From positions 2,342 through 66,341 of the forward strand of contig JAFGSQ010000019.1 of the NCBI GenBank assembly GCA_016934535.1: a stretch of 64,000 nt of DNA, written 5' to 3'. A program made the position numbers and the translations under genes. This document shows, piece by piece, positions 9,278 to 18,817 of this stretch (its first letter is position 1; every line of letters starts with the position of its first letter). This DNA comes from a candidate division WOR-3 bacterium (GTDB taxonomy: Bacteria > SDB-A). Below the pieces are notes generated by a model. The model had not been told where the DNA came from. It was given only the letters and a program-made list of their open reading frames with translations, and did no database searches.

Positions 9278-10312
9278 TTATTCTTTCCTTAATTCCATTC
9301 CCCTTATGAAATCAAGTTTCGCGTTGTCCCTTTCTCCGAGCTTTTCTTCGCAAATAGCCCTGTTCGTGTATGCGTCGGGGCTATACGGGTCTATCGCTAT
9401 GGCTTGAGTGAAAATATTTTTCGCCTGAGTGTAGAGTCCGCTTTCCATAAGCATAACACCGTAATTGAAATACAGAAGAAATGAAGTACTGTCCAAAACC
9501 GTCGCTTCAGAAAAGCATTTCAGCGCATTTTCCTTGTCGCCGGTCATCATTTCAAGCATCGCGCGGTTGTATAATGCCGAGGCTTTTATCTCGGAGGAGG
9601 TGTCTTCGAGCGCAAAATCCAAACAGGATCCAATTTCAGCTTTGTTTATCAGGACCGTTTCCTCGTCAAGAGACATCAGCATTGAAGTTCCTAACATGTA
9701 ATACTCGGCCGGTTTTAAAGACGAGTAATTTTTCAAAAAAGCCGTCACTTCAGCGTATTCACCCGATCTGAAAAGAGCGATACAATAGTTTTGTCTCGCC
9801 TCTTCGTAAAGGTTGTCCGCTTCGAGAGACTTCTCCAGGTAAACGACCGCCTGGACATTGTTATCCTCTTCCAGCATGGAAAAGCCGGCTAAATTGTAAT
9901 AATAAGACGCCTCGCCGGATACAGACGCCGCAGCGACAAAACATCTCGCGGCGTCTTCGAAAAGATTTTGTCCGAGGTATTGAAAACCGGCTTCGGCGTA
10001 TATTGCTTCGACTGAAAATCCGGCTTTTTCAGCATCTCTCCGAGCCTGGGTTTCCCCAAGACCCAGCGCAAAAGAAGTGTCCGCCTCAAAGGCCGCTTCC
10101 AGATATTTTCCGCTCGCATGCAGGATCAATGCGTACCTGTATCTGACAACCGCATCGCCGGGCTTTTTCGACACTTCTTTTTCCATCGTAGTCAGCGCTT
10201 CGGAATATTTCCTTTCGCTTACAAGTCCGAGACTCTTGTCCCAATATCCCGAAAAGCTCAGACAGCCCGTCAAAAAAATTGAAACGGCGAGAAGATATAA
10301 ATTCCTTTTCAT
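9278..10312 (-). CDS. TPR-repeat lipoprotein
   Basis: The N-terminus MKRNLYLLAVSIFLTGCLSF has a lipobox (LTGC). TPR repeats follow. Confidence 0.6.
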   Translation of the reverse strand: MKRNLYLLAVSIFLTGCLSFSGYWDKSLGLVSERKYSEALTTMEKEVSKKPGDAVVRYRYALILHASGKYLEAAFEADTSFALGLGETQARRDAEKAGFSVEAIYAEAGFQYLGQNLFEDAARCFVAAASVSGEASYYYNLAGFSMLEEDNNVQAVVYLEKSLEADNLYEEARQNYCIALFRSGEYAEVTAFLKNYSSLKPAEYYMLGTSMLMSLDEETVLINKAEIGSCLDFALEDTSSEIKASALYNRAMLEMMTGDKENALKCFSEATVLDSTSFLLYFNYGVMLMESGLYTQAKNIFTQAIAIDPYSPDAYTNRAICEEKLGERDNAKLDFIRGMELRKE

Positions 10313-10317
10313 TTATC

Positions 10318-11403
10318 TCAATCGCCTAATTCCAGAGCCCTTCTGAGATCGTCCTGAGCCTTATCCCTCATATCGAGGTTGTTGTAGCTATCCGCCCTGA
10401 GGTTGTAGTATTTTGCTTCTTCTTTGATCTCTATTGCCAGGGTGATCGCATCGACGGCTTCCTGGTGCCTTCCCAGTTTGTTGTAGCTCAAACCGAGATT
10501 GTAGAGAAGTTTATCCTTGTTGGGGTCAGTATCTTCAAGTAATTCGACCGCTTCATTGATCACCGGTATTGCATCCTCGTATCTCTCAAGATTGACAAGG
10601 CATATCCCCCTGTACAGGGCTATTTCGCTTATTCTCGAAGAAGGATCAATTTGAACTGATTTCGCGAAGGCTTTTTCAGCCATGTCCATGTTTGCCGTTC
10701 TGCCTTCGATGTCGCCTTCAGAACCGAGTTTATTGGCGTTTTGAATGTAAGCAAGCCCCAGGTAGTAATTGAGCGAAGCCGACGTGTCATGAAATACCTG
10801 AGCGTTGTTAAAGGTTTGTATCGCGTTTTCGTAATCGTTAACTTCCGTAAGGTAATAAAGTCCGAGATTTCTCAGAGCCGGGAAATTGTCAGCGTCCAGA
10901 GAGAGAGCGTAATCATAGTATTTCATCATTGAATCGAACTGTTCAGATTCCTTGAAAATCGAACCCAAAATTGCATAAGGAGTCGCCGAATCCGGTTCCA
11001 TCTCAATACTGTATTTCAAAAAAGAAGCGGCTTCATCGTATTTCTTTTCTCCGAGTGATTGGACGCCTCCAGCCAGAAACACCTGAAAAAAGTTCCACGC
11101 ATCGATACCTTCGCCTTTGCCCCTCTTTTCTATTTCCTGAATATCAAGTCCTCTGTCCATGGCTTTTTCGAGGTAACGGCATGCTGTTGCATAGTCCTGT
11201 TTTTCCACGTAGGCAACACCCGTCCAGTAATACGGTTCCGGATTGTTGGGTTCCATTGAAATTGCCGCTTCACCTTCTCTTATGGCTTCGGGAATTCTTT
11301 TTTGCTGAAGATAAACTTTGAGGGCTGTCAATCCGCTGCTTTCACACGCAAAAGATCCAATAATTACCGCGGTCATTACCGCGCCCAATAACGCCTTTTT
11401 CAT
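10318..11403 (-). CDS. TPR-repeat lipoprotein
   Basis: The start chosen is MKKALLGAVMTAVIIGSFAC at 11403, which has AGGAG 5 nt upstream and a lipobox. TPR repeats fill the rest of the protein. Confidence 0.6.
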   Translation of the reverse strand: MKKALLGAVMTAVIIGSFACESSGLTALKVYLQQKRIPEAIREGEAAISMEPNNPEPYYWTGVAYVEKQDYATACRYLEKAMDRGLDIQEIEKRGKGEGIDAWNFFQVFLAGGVQSLGEKKYDEAASFLKYSIEMEPDSATPYAILGSIFKESEQFDSMMKYYDYALSLDADNFPALRNLGLYYLTEVNDYENAIQTFNNAQVFHDTSASLNYYLGLAYIQNANKLGSEGDIEGRTANMDMAEKAFAKSVQIDPSSRISEIALYRGICLVNLERYEDAIPVINEAVELLEDTDPNKDKLLYNLGLSYNKLGRHQEAVDAITLAIEIKEEAKYYNLRADSYNNLDMRDKAQDDLRRALELGD

Positions 11404-11486
11404 ATTTTCTCCTTTCATGATTTCCATTTTTCTGAACGCTGAACACAGCAATATATCATAAGCGCTTTTTCCGTTCCAGTTCAAAG

Positions 11487-13994
11487 TCAAAAAAAGAAGC
11501 GCCTGACTTTTTCTTTAAAACTTTTTTCAGTCCGGGTCTTTTTCTCTCCTTCATGTCCGTAATGGTACTGATAATAATATTTGTAATAATAACCGTAGCC
11601 GTATTTTCCCGTTATGTCGACGTTGTTGAAAACAGCTCCTTTGACATCAGCTCCGATGTTTCTGAGCGCTTTCAGAGCCGCTTTTGCCGCGTCTTTATCC
11701 GTTTTTTCCGAACGGATTACAAGAATTGCTCCGTTTGTCTTTTTTGACAGTATTACGGCGTCCGTCACCGCAAGGATCGGAGGCGAATCAAAGACAATAA
11801 AACCGAAATCCGACAGCTCGTTATTAATTAAAAAATCCATTTTTTCCGAGGAGATTACCTCGGAAGGATTGGGGGGTATCGTTCCGCATGGTATAAGAAA
11901 CAGGTTGTCAACTCCGGCGGGTTTAATAATTTCACCTATCTCTCTCATTCCGAAAAGGTAATCAACCAGACCAGGCGTTCTATCTGCCGAAAAAACGTTG
12001 TGCAAAACAGGTTTTCTCATATCTGTGTCAATCAGAACCGTTTTTATGTTCTGCTGGGCAAACGCTACGGCAATATTTGCTGCGGTCGTAGATTTTCCCT
12101 CTTTCGGCAAAGCGCTCACCACGGTTATCGATTTTACTTTCTTGTCAACCGAACTGAAAGTTATGTTGGTTCTGACTGTCCTGTAGGCCTCCGAAACCGG
12201 CGATTTCGGCGATACATGAGTGATCAGGCTTCTCTCAATGGCTTTTTCAGGAGCAAACTGAATTTTCGGACCGGTCTTTTCAACGTCAGCAATGAAAGGA
12301 ATGATGCCGAGAAGTTTTATCTTCAGAACATTTTCGATTTCTTCCGGATCACGGATTGTAGTGTCAAGCTTGTCGAGTGCGAAGGCAATGGCGAATCCCA
12401 GAACCGCCCCTATAAAACCCGCAATGATTACGTTTTTTTTCTTCTTGGTGCCGATTGGCCTGACAGGGGTCATCGCGCTGTCTATCAGAGATAAGTTGCC
12501 AACCTGTGTTGCTTCAGAAATTTTAGCCTCCTGAAGTTTCTGAAGGAGCATTGTGTACGTCTGTTTTTCCACCTCGACCATCCGGTAAACGCGTTCAAAT
12601 TCGGCTATTTCACCGGGGAGGCTTTCAAGTTCAGATTGAATCGAATAAACGGTTTTTTCCAGCGCGGAGTAACGCGCCCTCGACGACGCAAGTTCGACTT
12701 CGGTCAGGACGTAATCTTTAACTATAGCCGACCATACCGGATCTACAGGACCGGAGCCGTAAGTTTCCATCATGATCTGGGTTTCTGCTGCAATTTGTCT
12801 TTTGAGGTACTCTATTACGGAATCGAGATGCCTTACTGAAGGATGGTTTTCAGTGTATTTTCCGAGAAGTTCCGATTTCTGAATTTCGTAATTGTTTATC
12901 TGATCCTGAATTGAACGAAGCGTCGGATTTGAACTTAATTCGGGGATTGCCTGTGATTCACCGTAAAGGCTAAAAGCCCCGTTCCCTTCAAGCTGTGACC
13001 TCAGAGCGCTGATTTTCTGTTCAAGCACCCTCACTTCAATCATTGTGTTGACTCTCGCCTTTATCAGTTCCGAAAGCTGTTGTTCCACTCTCACTTTTTC
13101 TGTCTGCGCCGTAAGCCAGCCGTATTCCTCCTGAAGTTTTTTAAGATTCTTTTCGGCGTTTTCCAGACTGCTGTTCGTTATCAGCAATTGACCTTCGATG
13201 AATTCCCTGACATTCTTTGCCGTTTGTCTTCCGCTTTGAATGTCGAATTCAACCATGACTCCCGCAAAAGCGTTTGCCATTTTTCTCGCTTCTACAGGAT
13301 CTGAATGATTGACGGTTACGAGCAGTATGTTTGTTTCCTCCACATTCGTTATATAAACCAGCCTCCTGAGAACATCCGCCATAACGTTTACGGGCAGTAA
13401 CCTTACGTGAATTGTTCCGGTGTCGCCTTCGTCTGTTCTCAAGGTAAAAGAGACTAAATCGAGCCTGATTGTGTCTCCTAAATGAAAGGTTTCTGTCGTG
13501 TGAGACCCCGACGAATCGAACATGATTATTTCGGCGGAGTCATTTTCTTTTACTTTCAGAGAAAAAGAATCAGTTTCAATAATCTCGGCCATCCATAGAA
13601 CATGTATCCCGACGTCATTTGGCCGTTCAAAACCCGTTGTATTATACATGAAGTTTTTATTAAGTTTTCTTACAACTCCTTCGGCGACAGACCTTGAACT
13701 GAGAAGCGCTATTCTGTCGTTAATCGGATTTATGTGGTAGGAATAACCCTGAAATACGTTTCCCCAAAGACCCAGGTTCTGAGTGGCGACAGACATTTCA
13801 TAGTCTATCCTCAGCGCCGCTGTGGCGCTGTATACGTTTACGGATTTAGTAGTCGAGTAAACGGAAATCAGAAGTGACAACAAAAAGACAACAAATATAA
13901 GCCATCTGAAGCGCACGGCTGATTTCACCAACGCGTTGTCAAAAAGATTTATCTGCTCTGTAGCATTTTCAGTTATACCGTCAGGTTCCTGCAT
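11487..13994 (-). CDS. Polysaccharide co-polymerase / tyrosine autokinase (Wzc/GumC-like BY-kinase)
   Basis: An N-terminal TM segment and Wzz-like periplasmic coiled coil. The C-terminal P-loop VSALPKEGKSTTAANIAVAFA is followed by a terminal tyrosine cluster GKYGYGYYYKYYYQYHYG; 835 aa. Confidence 0.8.
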   Translation of the reverse strand: MQEPDGITENATEQINLFDNALVKSAVRFRWLIFVVFLLSLLISVYSTTKSVNVYSATAALRIDYEMSVATQNLGLWGNVFQGYSYHINPINDRIALLSSRSVAEGVVRKLNKNFMYNTTGFERPNDVGIHVLWMAEIIETDSFSLKVKENDSAEIIMFDSSGSHTTETFHLGDTIRLDLVSFTLRTDEGDTGTIHVRLLPVNVMADVLRRLVYITNVEETNILLVTVNHSDPVEARKMANAFAGVMVEFDIQSGRQTAKNVREFIEGQLLITNSSLENAEKNLKKLQEEYGWLTAQTEKVRVEQQLSELIKARVNTMIEVRVLEQKISALRSQLEGNGAFSLYGESQAIPELSSNPTLRSIQDQINNYEIQKSELLGKYTENHPSVRHLDSVIEYLKRQIAAETQIMMETYGSGPVDPVWSAIVKDYVLTEVELASSRARYSALEKTVYSIQSELESLPGEIAEFERVYRMVEVEKQTYTMLLQKLQEAKISEATQVGNLSLIDSAMTPVRPIGTKKKKNVIIAGFIGAVLGFAIAFALDKLDTTIRDPEEIENVLKIKLLGIIPFIADVEKTGPKIQFAPEKAIERSLITHVSPKSPVSEAYRTVRTNITFSSVDKKVKSITVVSALPKEGKSTTAANIAVAFAQQNIKTVLIDTDMRKPVLHNVFSADRTPGLVDYLFGMREIGEIIKPAGVDNLFLIPCGTIPPNPSEVISSEKMDFLINNELSDFGFIVFDSPPILAVTDAVILSKKTNGAILVIRSEKTDKDAAKAALKALRNIGADVKGAVFNNVDITGKYGYGYYYKYYYQYHYGHEGEKKTRTEKSFKEKVRRFFF

Positions 13995-14001
13995 GCGCTT
14001 T

Positions 14002-14583
14002 TTATTGGGAAAGTTTGTAAAGAGTTATCATGAAAGTCATCGTCGTCATAATGGTCCCCCATTCGGTCCAGGAAGGCCACCAGACTTTGGGTACGTATAT
14101 CACGTCACCTGATTTCAGTTCCACGTCCTTTTCAGTTCCCGACATTGCGAGACATTCTTTGAGATTCAGATGGATTTCATTTCCATCCCTGTACAAAGCT
14201 GCTCTTACAAGATCCGCTCTCTGAGCCGGACCTCCCGAAAGAGACAGAAGTCTGGAAGCGGTTATAGATCCTTCGACGTCATAAACCCCGGGAGATTTCA
14301 CTTCTCCCAGAATAGTTATATTCCAGACAGGTATGACATATACCGTCGGGTCCCTGTATATATCCCTCAGGTAACGGGAAATTTCATTCTGTGCCTGTTC
14401 GATCGTCAGTCCTTCGACCATGATCCTGCCTACGACAGGAAGGATGATCGTTCCGTCACTCTGAATCGTGTAAAGATTTTCTCTGCTTTCGGCTGATTCG
14501 GCGACAAGTATCACTTTTAGCTGGTCGCCTTTGGCGAAGACCTGAGAGACGGAACATAAAACAATTAAAATGAGGGAATTCAT
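14002..14583 (-). CDS. Polysaccharide export protein (Wza-like Poly_export/SLBB)
   Basis: Signal peptide MNSLILIVLCSVSQVFA; Poly_export motif GDQLKVILVAE...YTIQSDGTIILPVVGRIMVEGLT. Confidence 0.7.
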   Translation of the reverse strand: MNSLILIVLCSVSQVFAKGDQLKVILVAESAESRENLYTIQSDGTIILPVVGRIMVEGLTIEQAQNEISRYLRDIYRDPTVYVIPVWNITILGEVKSPGVYDVEGSITASRLLSLSGGPAQRADLVRAALYRDGNEIHLNLKECLAMSGTEKDVELKSGDVIYVPKVWWPSWTEWGTIMTTMTFMITLYKLSQ

Positions 14584-14942
14584 CTGAGAAACTTGTAATA
14601 CAGGTATGCGAAGGCGGAAAGAGCGGACACCGCCGACAGCAGTTTGAACATCAGCGTTTTTTTAAGCTGGATAGTTAAAAAATAAATAACTGAAATTGCA
14701 GTTAGAAAAAATCCCGCTTTTACCGACGCTCTCACAAAAATGAAGAGAGAACGCGGTACGAGATCGACTGAAAACACCGAAATAACGAAAAGGAACGCCA
14801 TCAGAATGAATGGAAAAAGCACTCTCAATGGAAATTTACTCAAAAAACCAGTTTCGTCGAAATTTTCATGCACGGTAAATTTTTTTCGCAGATTCATTTT
14901 CTCTCTTGCTTGATAAAGAGTTAAAATTCCGAAATATTGCAT
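14580..14942 (-). CDS. Hypothetical small membrane protein (first gene of the exopolysaccharide export operon?)
   Basis: A 120 aa ORF with three hydrophobic segments. It overlaps the Wza-like gene by 4 nt. It has no homology signal that I can name. Confidence 0.35.
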   Translation of the reverse strand: MQYFGILTLYQAREKMNLRKKFTVHENFDETGFLSKFPLRVLFPFILMAFLFVISVFSVDLVPRSLFIFVRASVKAGFFLTAISVIYFLTIQLKKTLMFKLLSAVSALSAFAYLYYKFLR

Positions 14943-14964
14943 TATTCTGAATCGTAATTATAAT
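14937..14964 (+). promoter_or_regulatory. Candidate sigma70-type promoter for the moxR-bat operon (TTGCAT-N16-TATAAT)
   Basis: TTGCAT at 14937-14942, TATAAT at 14959-14964, an AAAGGAG RBS at about 14998, and ATG at 15015. Confidence 0.35.
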
Positions 14965-15014
14965 ATAATGGTACATTCTTCGCCATAATAAAATTTCAAA
15001 GGAGAAAGACTGTC

Positions 15015-16001
15015 ATGAGTGAAATAAAAGAAATTACAGAAAAAATCAAACGGAACCGCCAGATCATCGACCAGATAACTATTTCAATAAGGAAAAGAAT
15101 AGTTGGACAGGACAAGATGATAAACAGGATACTGGTTTGCCTTTTGGCTGACGGGCACATATTGATAGAAGGCGTGCCCGGCCTCGCCAAAACTCTTACT
15201 GTTTCAACTCTGGCGGAATCAGTCAGAGCCATCTTTCACAGAATTCAGTTCACTCCCGATCTTCTGCCTGCGGACATAATTGGCACGCTGGTTTACAATC
15301 CAAAAGAAGGCACTTTTTCGACAAAAAGGGGGCCCGTCTTCGCCCAGATAATACTGGCTGACGAAATCAACAGGGCTCCCGCCAAAGTTCAGAGCGCCCT
15401 TCTCGAAGCAATGCAGGAAAGACAGGTGACCATAGGCGAGACGACTTTCCCTTTACCAAAGCCTTTTCTTGTACTGGCGACCCAAAATCCTATCGAACAG
15501 GAGGGGACTTATCCTCTTCCGGAAGCTCAGGTCGACAGATTCATGCTCAAAATAAATCTTGACTACCCGACTCCCGAAGAAGAACTGGAAATCCTGGACC
15601 GTATGACACAGCCCGACGACATAGTGATAGAACCGGTCGTCAATTCAGAGACAATAATAGAACTCATGAATCTCACAAAAAAAGTCTACGTCGAAAAATC
15701 AATAAAAGAATACGCCGTCAGGATAGTCGCCTCTTCGAGATGGCCCTCAAAATACAAGTTAAACGAATTGAACGGCCTGATATCATACGGAGCTTCCCCC
15801 AGAGCGTCCATTTACATAATAAAAGCCGCGAAAGCCCTCGCCCTCATTGAAGGCAGAGGTTACGTCTCCGATTACGACATCAAAGAGATCGCCCGGGACG
15901 TTCTCAGGCACAGAATAATAATCACTTACGAAGCTGAAGCTGAAAAAATTACAACAGACCAGATAATTTCGACCATACTTTCTAAAATTCCCACGCCATG
16001 A
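15015..16001 (+). CDS. moxR: MoxR-family AAA+ ATPase
   Basis: Walker A motif LIEGVPGLAKT; arginine finger and sensor regions typical of MoxR; 328 aa. Confidence 0.9.
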   Translation: MSEIKEITEKIKRNRQIIDQITISIRKRIVGQDKMINRILVCLLADGHILIEGVPGLAKTLTVSTLAESVRAIFHRIQFTPDLLPADIIGTLVYNPKEGTFSTKRGPVFAQIILADEINRAPAKVQSALLEAMQERQVTIGETTFPLPKPFLVLATQNPIEQEGTYPLPEAQVDRFMLKINLDYPTPEEELEILDRMTQPDDIVIEPVVNSETIIELMNLTKKVYVEKSIKEYAVRIVASSRWPSKYKLNELNGLISYGASPRASIYIIKAAKALALIEGRGYVSDYDIKEIARDVLRHRIIITYEAEAEKITTDQIISTILSKIPTP

Positions 16002-16918
16002 ACAAGACGCTCGAAAAAAGAATCGCCGGAAAAATAAGAAACATCGAGATAAAAACAAAAAAACTCGTCGAATCGGCCATCGGCGGAAAATACACCAGTG
16101 CGTTCAGGGGATTGGGGATCGAATTCAACAAAGTGAGGGAGTACGAACCAGGAGACGACATCACTTCCGTTGACTGGAACGTCACGGCGAGAACAGCTGA
16201 CGACAGACTGTACGTCAAGGAATTCATCGAAGAAAGGGAACTGCAGGTCTTTCTTGTCGTCGACACTTCGGCTTCGATGGTCTATTCAAGCCTGAAAACA
16301 GGTGAAGATGACCTCGCGCCGCTTAAAATTGACATTGCCGCTGAAATAGCGGCCGTCCTCGCGCTCAGCGCCATTAAGAACAACGACAAAGTCGGTCTCA
16401 TGACTTTCTCGGGCGCCGTTCAGGAATACATTCCGCCGAGAAAAGGCAAAAGGCATGTTCTTCACATAATCCGGGACATTCTTTCCAATACAGAAGCCGT
16501 GGGACAGACAAAGCTTTCAACGACCCTTGAAAACCTTTACAGGGTCATAAACACCAAGGCAGTGATTTTCATTATCACCGATTTCATGCTCGGACAAGAC
16601 GACGATTACGCAAAACCTCTGGCTGTCCTTTCAAGGAAACACGACTGTATCGTAGTCAGGATCTCGGATCCTTACGAAGAAGAATTTCCTGACGTTGGTC
16701 TTGTCAATCTGATAGACCCTGAATCGGGCAAAGAAATACTTGTGGATTCATCCTCCGGTTCTTTTCGCAGGACATTCAAAGCAAGAATGGAATCCGAAAG
16801 AGAATTTCACAGAAAGATATTAAATAAAACGGCCGTTGACGTCATTGACGTCAAAACCGACGCGGATTACATTCCAATTCTTTATAATTTCTTTAAATTG
16901 CGGACAAAAAAGAGATGA
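15998..16918 (+). CDS. DUF58 (VWA-like) domain protein, partner of MoxR
   Basis: Its position immediately after moxR with a 4-nt overlap, plus a DUF58-style region VFLVVDTSASM. Confidence 0.8.
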   Translation: MNKTLEKRIAGKIRNIEIKTKKLVESAIGGKYTSAFRGLGIEFNKVREYEPGDDITSVDWNVTARTADDRLYVKEFIEERELQVFLVVDTSASMVYSSLKTGEDDLAPLKIDIAAEIAAVLALSAIKNNDKVGLMTFSGAVQEYIPPRKGKRHVLHIIRDILSNTEAVGQTKLSTTLENLYRVINTKAVIFIITDFMLGQDDDYAKPLAVLSRKHDCIVVRISDPYEEEFPDVGLVNLIDPESGKEILVDSSSGSFRRTFKARMESEREFHRKILNKTAVDVIDVKTDADYIPILYNFFKLRTKKR

Positions 16919-17865
16919 ATTTCATCCTGTTTCAGGTTTGCCTTTTATCGCAGTTTTGCACGTTGAATCCCTCGAAAGACAGCGTTTACCTTGGTGAAAT
17001 CTTCCAAATTGAGATCTCTTACTCACACCCGAGAAATTGTTCGGTAACGGTATCGGGAGACAGTGCCGAATGGCACCCTTTCATTATGAACGAAGCGCCC
17101 GCCAAATTCCTTCTGACAAACGGAGAAGACAGCCTTTCCACGGTTTTCACTTTATCAGGCGCCGTATACACCGAAATAGACTCGGTGTCGATTCCCATAC
17201 CGCCGGCGAGTTTCCATTTACCGGACACTTCCTGGACAGATTCTCTCAGAACATTGGACATGACAATGCTTTCTAGCCTCACCGGACCAGACGACACGAT
17301 TTTGTCACCTTTGAGGCCGAGGCTTGACTTCCCTCCGAAACCTCCGGAACCCCTATACAAAAGACTTTTCAGAATGACACTGCGGTTCTGGTATATCCCT
17401 TTGCTGATTATCTCGATTATATTGATTGCCTCAGCAGCTTATCTGCTTATTAAAAAATCAGCTAAAAAAGGATTCTTTGTTTTGTCTCCAAAAGAAAAAG
17501 CCATGGATGAGCTGTCTAAGATATTCAATTCATATTTGAAAGAAAAATCTCCGGTTTCAAAAGAGTTTTACGAAGAACTGACTGAAGTTTTCAAAGATTA
17601 TTCGGAAAATGTTTCTACGCTTAAAACGAAAAAGATGACTGTCAGGGAAATAAGGGATGTCTTCCTTAAATCATTTTACGTTTCAAAAGATGTTGAAAAA
17701 TCCCTGTCCTCTTTCAACATGACGTCTGAATTGGCAAAATTCTCCAAAAAAACCTTCGATTCCGAAAAAGGACAGGAAGATTACGAAGCCGTAAAAAACT
17801 TTGTCTGGGTCTTCCCTCTTTTTAAAAAAGACGAGAACGGAAAAAAAGGCGGAAAAAATGTTTAG
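16915..17865 (+). CDS. Hypothetical membrane protein of the Bat operon
   Basis: A single TM segment (YIPLLIISIILIASAAYLLI). It occupies the position of the conserved hypothetical gene that follows DUF58 in Bacteroides bat operons. Confidence 0.5.
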   Translation: MNFILFQVCLLSQFCTLNPSKDSVYLGEIFQIEISYSHPRNCSVTVSGDSAEWHPFIMNEAPAKFLLTNGEDSLSTVFTLSGAVYTEIDSVSIPIPPASFHLPDTSWTDSLRTLDMTMLSSLTGPDDTILSPLRPRLDFPPKPPEPLYKRLFRMTLRFWYIPLLIISIILIASAAYLLIKKSAKKGFFVLSPKEKAMDELSKIFNSYLKEKSPVSKEFYEELTEVFKDYSENVSTLKTKKMTVREIRDVFLKSFYVSKDVEKSLSSFNMTSELAKFSKKTFDSEKGQEDYEAVKNFVWVFPLFKKDENGKKGGKNV

Positions 17866-18817
17866 GTTTTCCCATCCCTGGCTTCTTATATTCATCCCCC
17901 TGGTAATCGGTTTAGGCTTCTACCTCCAATTTTCGAAAAAGCCTTCCGTCATCTATTCGGCTTCATCTTTTTTTGGAGAAAAAACCACTTTTAGGATTTT
18001 TGTAAAAAAATCGCTCCTCTGGCTTTACGTAGCAAGTGCAATCGCGGCTATATTCGGCGCTGCGGAACCTCTGGGAAAACCCATAATAATTAACAGGGAA
18101 AAAATCGGAATAGACATAGTGCTGGCTCTCGATTTATCGACGAGCATGGAGGCGCCCGATTTTTCACCGACAAGATTCGAAGCCGCCAAAAAAATTGCCA
18201 TCGATTTCATCAAATCACGGGAAAATGACAGAATAGGTCTGGCAGTTTTCGCCTACGACGCATATCTTCTCGTCCCGCCCACCCTCAATCATTCATTCCT
18301 CGTCAACAGTATTGAAGATCTGTCTCCGGGTATAATAACCGACGGGACAGCAATCGGTATGGGCCTGGCACTCGCTGCGAACGGTCTTCGCGATTCGGAC
18401 AGCCCGAGCAAGGTGATAATACTGATCACCGACGGCGCCAACAATGCCGGATACGTGGACCCGGTAACGGCCGCTGAAGCGGCGAAAACACTCGGAATGA
18501 AAATATACACAATAGGCATCGGGACAGAAACGTCTTTCACTTACAACAGCCCGACTTACGGATATGTTTATGCGTCGACAGCCGATTACGAATTACTTTC
18601 AAAAATAGCCTCTTCCGAAAACACCTCCTTCAGGGCGACGGACAAAGGAGCCCTTAAAAAAGCTTTCACGATGATAGATCAACTTGAAAAAACAAGGGAA
18701 AGCGGCGAAATTCTGGCGTTGAGTCCGTCAAAGGCTCATTTTTGGGTTGCAATGTCCATTATTTTGCTCACAATCCCGTTTATTCTCGACAGGACTTTTT
18801 TCAGGAGCATACCTTGA
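17858..18817 (+). CDS. batA: VWA domain membrane protein BatA
   Basis: Start MFRFSHPWLLIFIPLVIGLGF with an RBS-like AAGGCGG. VWA MIDAS motif DLSTSM. Confidence 0.8.
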   Translation: MFRFSHPWLLIFIPLVIGLGFYLQFSKKPSVIYSASSFFGEKTTFRIFVKKSLLWLYVASAIAAIFGAAEPLGKPIIINREKIGIDIVLALDLSTSMEAPDFSPTRFEAAKKIAIDFIKSRENDRIGLAVFAYDAYLLVPPTLNHSFLVNSIEDLSPGIITDGTAIGMGLALAANGLRDSDSPSKVIILITDGANNAGYVDPVTAAEAAKTLGMKIYTIGIGTETSFTYNSPTYGYVYASTADYELLSKIASSENTSFRATDKGALKKAFTMIDQLEKTRESGEILALSPSKAHFWVAMSIILLTIPFILDRTFFRSIP

